Positions 58,004 through 64,000 of a stretch of DNA of 64,000 nt are shown here, piece after piece. The stretch's first letter is position 1, and each line of letters starts with the position of its first letter. The notes below the pieces were generated by a model that did not search any database, was not told where the DNA came from, and saw only the letters and a program-made list of their open reading frames with translations. The stretch spans positions 608,001-672,000 of the forward strand of contig CAWHXD010000019.1 of the NCBI GenBank assembly GCA_963833225.1. Reading direction: 5' to 3'. Source of the stretch: an uncultured Chloroflexia bacterium. GTDB lineage: Bacteria > Chloroflexota > Limnocylindria > Limnocylindrales > CSP1-4. The position numbers and the translations under genes are program-made.

Positions 58004-59263
58004 ATGACCACGCCTGCGAGACCCGTCCCGGCCGAACCGGCCCCGGACGAAGCTGCCGCGTTCGCGATGCGGCTTGCGGCGCTCGAGGCGGCCACGCGTG
58101 CGGTGGCCGCCGAGCTCGACATCGACCGTGTCCTCGGCCTCATCGTGGATCGCGTCCGCGAGCTGGTCGGCGCCCGGTACGCGGCGCTCGGGATCGCGGA
58201 CTCGCGAGGCCACATCGAGCGGTTCATCACCAGCGGTGTGCCGCCCGAGACGCGGGCGGCGATCGGCGAGGTCCCGCAGGGCCACGGCCTGCTGGGGGTG
58301 ATCATCCGGGAGGGGCGGACGGTCCGCGCCGAGGACATGGCCCACGATCCGCGCGCCCACGGGTTCCCGCCCAACCACCCGGTGATGACGTCGTTCCTGG
58401 GCGTGCCCGTGTTGGTCAAGGGGCGCTCAGTCGGCAACCTGTACCTGACGGACAAGCCCAATGGGGAGCCGTTCTCCGACGACGACGAGCGGCTGGTCGA
58501 GACGTTCGCGGTCCATGCGGGCATCGCGATCGAGAACGCCCGGCTCCACGACCAGGTTCAGCGCATGGCCGTGGTGGAGGAGCGTGAGCGGATCGGCAAG
58601 GATCTCCACGACGGCATCATCCAGTCGATCTACGCCGTCGGGCTGTCGCTCGAGGATGTGCCCGAGCTGGTGGAGGACGAGGCCGGCCGGACAGACGCCG
58701 TCGCCCGCGTGGACCGGGCGATCGACGCGCTCAACCTGGTGATCGCGGATATCCGCTCGTACATCCTCCGGCTGCGTCCCGGGATCGGGGGCCCCGAGGA
58801 TCCCGTCGAGGCGCTGGCGCGCCTGGGCGAAGAGCTGGGCATGAACGCGATGATCGATCTTGACGTCGACCTCGAGGAGGGCGCCGACGGGATGCGCGGC
58901 CTGGCACCGGACCGCCGGTCCGACCTCCTGTTCATCGCCCGGGAGGCGCTGTCCAACGTGGCCCGGCATTCCGGGGCCACGCGGGCCAGGATCGTGCTCT
59001 CCGAGGATGGAGACGGCCTGACGCTGTGCGTGGAGGACAACGGACGGGGCTTCGATCCCGCCACGGTGCCCGGACCCGACGCGTTCGGGCGTCACCAGGG
59101 CCTGGGCAACATGCGGAATCGGGCAGTGGGGATGGGGGGAACGTTCACCATCGAGCGCCCGGATGGGCCCGGCACGCGTATCATCGTGCGAATACCGGCG
59201 TCCAACCTGCCGGTGCATCCGAGCGTCCCAATGCCGCCACCGGAGATCGATGACCGTGACTGA
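58004..59263 (+). CDS. GAF sensor histidine kinase, DosS/DevS-like
   Basis: GHGLLGVII and GFPPNHPVM GAF motifs; ERERIGKDLHDGIIQ H-box; EALSNVARHS and DNGRGF. Confidence 0.92.
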   Translation: MTTPARPVPAEPAPDEAAAFAMRLAALEAATRAVAAELDIDRVLGLIVDRVRELVGARYAALGIADSRGHIERFITSGVPPETRAAIGEVPQGHGLLGVIIREGRTVRAEDMAHDPRAHGFPPNHPVMTSFLGVPVLVKGRSVGNLYLTDKPNGEPFSDDDERLVETFAVHAGIAIENARLHDQVQRMAVVEERERIGKDLHDGIIQSIYAVGLSLEDVPELVEDEAGRTDAVARVDRAIDALNLVIADIRSYILRLRPGIGGPEDPVEALARLGEELGMNAMIDLDVDLEEGADGMRGLAPDRRSDLLFIAREALSNVARHSGATRARIVLSEDGDGLTLCVEDNGRGFDPATVPGPDAFGRHQGLGNMRNRAVGMGGTFTIERPDGPGTRIIVRIPASNLPVHPSVPMPPPEIDDRD

Positions 59264-59927
59264 TCTCTCCCCGCGTCCCCTGCGCCTGCTCGTGGTGGAT
59301 GACCACGAGGTGGTCCGCCAGGGCCTCGTGGCGCTCCTGGACCGCCGCGAGGGATTCCAGGTCGTCGCCGAGGCGGGCACGGCCGCGGAGTCCATCGAGC
59401 AGGCCCGCCGCTTCCAGCCCGACATCGTGGTCATGGATGTCCGCCTGCCGGACGGATCGGGTATCGAGGCCTGTCGCGAGATCCGTGCCGAGCTGCCCGC
59501 GACCCGGGTGGTGATGCTCACGTCGTACCCGGACGAGGAGGCCGTGCTGTCGGCCATCGTGGCCGGCGCATCGGGCTACCTGCTCAAGCAGATCCGGGCT
59601 CGCGACCTCGTTGCCGCCCTGGAGTCCGTCGGACGTGGCGAGTCGCTGCTCGATCCGGCGGTCACCGAGAAGGTCCTTGAGCGCGTTCGCCGGATCGCGA
59701 CCGGCGCCTACACGGACGAGATGGCGCAGCTCACCGCGCAGGAGCAGCGGATCCTGCTCCTCGTCGCCGAGGGCAAGACCAACAAGGAGATCGCCGCCGA
59801 GGTCTTCCTGTCCGACAAGACGGTGAAGAACTACGTGAGCTCCATCCTGTCCAAGCTCAACCTCGAGCGGCGCGCCCAGGCGGCCGCGTTCGTGGCCAAG
59901 CACCGGCTGGACCGCGGCGGCGCGTAG
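59250..59927 (+). CDS. NarL-family response regulator, DosR/DevR-like
   Basis: VDDHEVVR, MDVRLPDGSG and GKTNKEIA...LSDKTVKNYVSSILSKL. Confidence 0.94.
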   Translation: MTVTDLSPRPLRLLVVDDHEVVRQGLVALLDRREGFQVVAEAGTAAESIEQARRFQPDIVVMDVRLPDGSGIEACREIRAELPATRVVMLTSYPDEEAVLSAIVAGASGYLLKQIRARDLVAALESVGRGESLLDPAVTEKVLERVRRIATGAYTDEMAQLTAQEQRILLLVAEGKTNKEIAAEVFLSDKTVKNYVSSILSKLNLERRAQAAAFVAKHRLDRGGA

Positions 59928-59954
59928 CCCCCGGACCGGATCCGCCGGCACCCC

Positions 59955-60293
59955 GTGGAGGACGATCTCGTCGCCTGGGGGCGTGTCCTGCGCATCGAGA
60001 CCACCGGCCGCGTCACGGGGCGCGCCGCGCGGGCGGTCGTGGGCTTCGTCGAGGCTGCGGACGGGTCACTTCGGGTCGCGGCCGGTTCCCCGGGCGCGGC
60101 CTGGGGTCTCAACCTGCTGGCCAGCCCAGCCTGTCGCGTGACCATCGGCGAGGACACGTGGCCGGCCAGCGCGAGGCCGCTCGAGGGCGCGGAGCACGCC
60201 GCCGCCGTCCGGGAGCTGATCCTGCGCTACGGGACCCCGGCCGAAGGGCTCGGGACGGGGCCCTCGTTCGAGCTCCGGCGCGAACCCGGCTGA
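59955..60293 (+). CDS. Short split-barrel protein resembling deazaflavin-dependent nitroreductases
   Basis: LRIETTGRVTG...AWGLNLLASP motifs. Confidence 0.7.
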   Translation: MEDDLVAWGRVLRIETTGRVTGRAARAVVGFVEAADGSLRVAAGSPGAAWGLNLLASPACRVTIGEDTWPASARPLEGAEHAAAVRELILRYGTPAEGLGTGPSFELRREPG

Positions 60294-60371
60294 CCTCTTG
60301 GGGCGGTGGGTCCCGGACCCACGTGCCATCCGGCCGGGCGACCCGGCGTCGGGCGCACCTAGACTCCCGCC

Positions 60372-61646
60372 ATGCGTATCGTCACCCCCGAAGAAGCCGT
60401 CGCGGGGATCCGCTCGCGCGACCAGATCTACGTCCAGTGCGCTGCCGCCACTCCGGAGGTGCTCCTCCGGGCGCTGGTCGCCCGGGCCCCCGAGCTCGAG
60501 GACGTGTCGATGGTGCACCTCCACATCGAGGGACCGGGGGCTCACCTCGCGCCCGAGATGGCCCCGCACTTCCGCCACCGGGCGCTGTTCATCGGGCCCA
60601 ACGCGCGAAGGGCGGTCAACGAGGGCCGCGCGGACTTCGTCCCGGTGTTCCTCTCGGACGTGCCGGACCTGTTCCTGTCCGGCGCGCTGCCGCTCGACTA
60701 CGTGTTCGTGAACGCCACGCCCCCCGATGCCCACGGCTTCTGCTCCCTGGGCACATCCGTGGAGGCGATGCACGCCGCGGTCAGGGCCGCGAAGACCGTC
60801 GTGGTCCAGTTCAACAGCGCGATGCCCCGGACGCTGGGCGAGTCGTTCATCCACGTCAGCGAGATCGACCTGGCGACCGAGGTGGACGAGCCCATTCACG
60901 AGGTGCCCCGGCCCAAGATCGGCGACACCGAGCGGCGGATCGGGTCGTTCATCGCCGACCTCGTCCCCGACGGCGCGACGCTGCAGCTGGGGATCGGGGC
61001 AATCCCGTCAGCCACCGCGGAGTTCCTGGGGAGCAAGAAGGACCTGGGCATCCACACCGAGATGTTTACCGACGCCGTCGTGGACCTGGTGGAGGCGGGC
61101 GTCATCACGGGAGCCGCGAAGGTGCGCAACGTCGGCAAGCTCGTGGCCGCGTTCATGATGGGGACGAAGCGCCTGTATGACTTTGTCGACGACAACCCGA
61201 TGGTCGAGATGCGTGCGGTGGACTTCACCAACGACACGCACGTCATCCGCTCGTTCCGGCACATGACCGCGATCAACTCGGCGATCGAGGTGGACCTCAC
61301 CGGCCAGGTCGTGGCCAATTCGATCGGATACCGGATGTACTCGGGCGTGGGCGGGCAGATGGACTTCATGCGCGGTGCGGCCCTGGCCCCCGAGGGCCGG
61401 GCGATCATTGCGCTGCCGGCCGCGGCAGGCGCCGACCACTCGATCTCGCGGATCACCCCCGCGCTCCAGGAGGGGGCGGGAATCGTCACCACGCGAGCGC
61501 ACGTGCGGACCGTGGTCACGGAGTTCGGGGTCGCCGAGCTGTGGGGCAAGAGCCTGCGGGAGCGCGCCAAGGCGCTGATCGCCGTTGCTCACCCGGATCA
61601 TCGCGATCGGCTGGAGCACGAGGCCCGGCGGCACTACGAGCTGTAG
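60372..61646 (+). CDS. Acetyl-CoA hydrolase/transferase family protein (4-hydroxybutyrate CoA-transferase-like)
   Basis: LQLGIGAIP, DLGIHTEM, AINSAIEVDLTGQV, GVGGQMDF and VVTEFG. Confidence 0.93.
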   Translation: MRIVTPEEAVAGIRSRDQIYVQCAAATPEVLLRALVARAPELEDVSMVHLHIEGPGAHLAPEMAPHFRHRALFIGPNARRAVNEGRADFVPVFLSDVPDLFLSGALPLDYVFVNATPPDAHGFCSLGTSVEAMHAAVRAAKTVVVQFNSAMPRTLGESFIHVSEIDLATEVDEPIHEVPRPKIGDTERRIGSFIADLVPDGATLQLGIGAIPSATAEFLGSKKDLGIHTEMFTDAVVDLVEAGVITGAAKVRNVGKLVAAFMMGTKRLYDFVDDNPMVEMRAVDFTNDTHVIRSFRHMTAINSAIEVDLTGQVVANSIGYRMYSGVGGQMDFMRGAALAPEGRAIIALPAAAGADHSISRITPALQEGAGIVTTRAHVRTVVTEFGVAELWGKSLRERAKALIAVAHPDHRDRLEHEARRHYEL

Positions 61647-62076
61647 GCGCGGTCGCGGCCGGCCCGGTTCCGTCCCCGTCGCGGTCCCCGGTCGCGGTCG
61701 CCGCGGTCGCGGGCCAGGCACTTGCTGATCAGCACGGGTGATATCCGGGGGCCATCGGCCTCCGCAAGGGGCCTCGCCCCCCCCGGGGAATCGCAAACGC
61801 CCCCGCCGCGGCGGAGGCGCAAGGTTCGGGTGGGTGCCGGGCGTCCCCTCCGGCACCCACCTCGCACGCATGGTCGGGCTTTCGACTCACTCTCGGTGAG
61901 TGCCGAGTGGACCGCCTTGCCGGGACCTGCGGACCCTCCCGTGGGGCGATCGGCCCGGCGACCTGGAGGGTGATGTGCGCCCATCATGGCCGGGACGCTG
62001 AGGCGGCCTTCCGCCGCGCTCGCCCGCTGATCCCGAGCGGATCGGCGCGGGTGCCCGCGACGCCCCTCACGAAAGG

Positions 62077-63423
62077 ATGATCATGCGCACCGAACGCGTG
62101 CTGATCATGGGCGCCGCCGGCCGGGACTTCCACGACTTCAACGTGGTCTACCGAGGCGACCCCACTGTCGAGGTGGTGGCGTTCACCGCCACCCAGATCC
62201 CGGGCATCGCAGACCGCCGGTATCCGCCGGAGCTGGCCGGCGAGCGCTATCCCTCCGGGATCCCGATCCACCCGGAGGCGGAGCTGGAGCACCTGATCGA
62301 CGAGCTCGACGTGGACACGGTCGTGTTCGCCTACAGCGACGTCAGCCACGAGCAGGTCATGCATGCGGCGAGCCGGGTGCTCGCCGCCGGGGCCGACTTC
62401 AAGCTCCTGGGTCTCGATGCCACGCTCCTCGAGAGCACCAAGCCCGTGGTCGCCGTGTGCGCGGTCCGGACCGGCTGCGGCAAGAGCCAGACGAGCCGCC
62501 ACGTGGCCTCGCTGCTCGAGGCGCAGGGGCTCAAGGTGGCGGTGGTCCGTCATCCGATGCCGTACGGCGACCTCGTCGCCCAGCGCTGCCAGCGCTACGA
62601 GACGTATGCCGACCTCGACCGCCACCAGACCACGATCGAGGAGCGCGAGGAGTACGAGCCGCACCTCGACGCCGGACGGCTGGTATTCGCCGGGGTCGAC
62701 TACGAGGAGATCCTGCGGGCGGCCGAGGCCGAGGCCGACGTCGTCCTGTGGGACGGCGGCAACAACGACCTTCCGTTCTACCGGCCGGACGTGATGATCA
62801 CCGTTGCCGACCCGCTCCGGCCCGGCCACGAGCTGCGCTACCACCCGGGCGAGGCCAACCTGCGCATGGCCGACGTGATCGTCATCAACAAGGTGGACTC
62901 GGCGACGCCGGAGGCCCTTGCCACGGTCCGGGCCAGCATCGCCGAGGTCAACCCGCGGGCGGCCGTGGTCGAGGCGCGATCATCGCTCACCCTCGAGGGT
63001 GGGGTGATCCGGGGGCGCACGGTTGCGGTTGTCGAGGACGGCCCGACGCTCACCCACGGTGGCATGACCTACGGCGCCGGCGTGGTCGCGGCCAGGCGGT
63101 TCGGCGCCTCCGAGCTGGTGGACCCGCGGCCGTACGCCACGGGCGAGCTCGCGGACACGCTCGCGAAGTACCCGAAGCTCGAGCGCCTGCTGCCCGCGAT
63201 GGGCTATGGCGACAAGCAGATCCACGAGCTGGAGTCGGCGCTCGCCGCGATCCCGGCCGACGTGGTGCTTGCGGCGACGCCGATCGACATCACGCGGGTC
63301 CTCACCGTGGCCAAGCCCGTCGTGCGCGTCCGCTATGAGCTGGAGCCCGTGGTGGGATCGGTCGCCGAGCATCTCGGCCCCGTGATCCGGCGCGCCAAGG
63401 AGGCCATGGCCACGACCCGCTGA
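62077..63423 (+). CDS. P-loop NTPase of the cyclic 2,3-diphosphoglycerate synthetase-like family
   Basis: GAAGRDFHDFN, AVRTGCGKSQT, RHPMPYG, TIEEREEYEPH, WDGGNND and EDGPTLTHGGM. Confidence 0.85.
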   Translation: MIMRTERVLIMGAAGRDFHDFNVVYRGDPTVEVVAFTATQIPGIADRRYPPELAGERYPSGIPIHPEAELEHLIDELDVDTVVFAYSDVSHEQVMHAASRVLAAGADFKLLGLDATLLESTKPVVAVCAVRTGCGKSQTSRHVASLLEAQGLKVAVVRHPMPYGDLVAQRCQRYETYADLDRHQTTIEEREEYEPHLDAGRLVFAGVDYEEILRAAEAEADVVLWDGGNNDLPFYRPDVMITVADPLRPGHELRYHPGEANLRMADVIVINKVDSATPEALATVRASIAEVNPRAAVVEARSSLTLEGGVIRGRTVAVVEDGPTLTHGGMTYGAGVVAARRFGASELVDPRPYATGELADTLAKYPKLERLLPAMGYGDKQIHELESALAAIPADVVLAATPIDITRVLTVAKPVVRVRYELEPVVGSVAEHLGPVIRRAKEAMATTR

Positions 63424-63429
63424 TCAAGC

Positions 63430-64000
63430 TCACGGTTCCGGGGCCGGTCGCGTCACGTCGCGGCCGGTCCCGTTCCGAGGCGTGACGGCGAGTCCGCTCT
63501 CGGCCATCGCGTCGCCCAGCCCCCCGATGCCGGTGAACCGCCGCTCGTAGGCGAGCCCGAGCCGTGCTGCCGCATCCTGGGCGCTCGCATCGAGGGCCTC
63601 GTCGTCGGTCTGCGCGAGGTACACGAGCCGGCGGTAGTTGCCAAAGATGGTGGGCAGCAGCTGCGGGTGCCGGTCGAGCTTCAGGCCCTTCCACACGAGG
63701 GTGTCGAACTGGCGGGCCAGGAAGTCGGTGAGATAGAAGGTCCCGGGCTCCTCGTCCGAGAGCGCGGCGAACGCCTCGCTGCCGGCGTAGATCTCGTAGC
63801 AGTGCGCGCCGGGCAGGCGTTCGACGCCGGTGCCCGCGAGGGCCGCATCGAGCATCCCGCCCGTCCCACAGTCGGCATACCCGACGAGCAACCCGACGTC
63901 CGGCCCGCGCTCGGCCTGCATGGTGGCGATTTCGATCGAGCACGGCGGCGGGGATCCGTTCCGGGCGGCTGTGCAGCGACGCCGGCAGGCAGGTGAGCTC
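63430..64000 (-). CDS. DUF1638-domain protein (5' truncated; frameshift near 63945)
   Basis: CLPASLHSRPERIP at the window edge, then VGYADCGTGG, HCYEIYAG, TFYLTDFL and YRRLVYL. Confidence 0.82.
   Translation of the reverse strand, partial: SSPACRRRCTAARNGSPPPCSIEIATMQAERGPDVGLLVGYADCGTGGMLDAALAGTGVERLPGAHCYEIYAGSEAFAALSDEEPGTFYLTDFLARQFDTLVWKGLKLDRHPQLLPTIFGNYRRLVYLAQTDDEALDASAQDAAARLGLAYERRFTGIGGLGDAMAESGLAVTPRNGTGRDVTRPAPEP

Noticed and set aside
61790-61865. c-di-GMP-I riboswitch (GCAAAC...GGCGCAA resemblance)
   Set aside because: Lacks the GNRA tetraloop/receptor and the P1 pairing; left as unassigned structure.

Overview
This is a very GC-rich, densely coding bacterial chromosomal window. 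I infer a Chloroflexota (Limnocylindria/Ellin6529-like) or similar actinobacteria-like soil lineage from gene content; this is not proven. It holds about 60 genes: efflux and transport (EamA, ChrA, MarR+MFS, ABC exporters, an ECF Ni/Co importer with a Fur-family regulator, CrcB), NiSOD (sodN-sodX), an alpha-glucan cluster (GH13, two GH57, glgP, with glgA further on), F420-type oxidoreductases, tRNA-Gly(TCC), fabI, an ALDH-aminotransferase-CoA-transferase block, and a DosS/DosR-like two-component system with a USP and a two-domain multicopper oxidase. I found no integrase, transposase, CRISPR array or rRNA. About ten genes carry single-base frameshifts, most likely long-read errors. Most notable: (1) a membrane-spanning SARP-BTAD-STAND-solute-binding fusion with four 11-bp-phased direct repeats in front of the adjacent lipoprotein; (2) a leaderless Cys-containing uORF with alternative RNA pairings upstream of a DUF4395 gene; (3) a TadA/CpaF ATPase fused to a Rid-like domain lacking the catalytic residues; (4) a secreted sortase-fold protein with Ser in place of the catalytic Cys; (5) a GntR operator pair with an unannotated 44-aa membrane protein; (6) pervasive leaderless genes. 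All family assignments come from motif recognition, with no database search.
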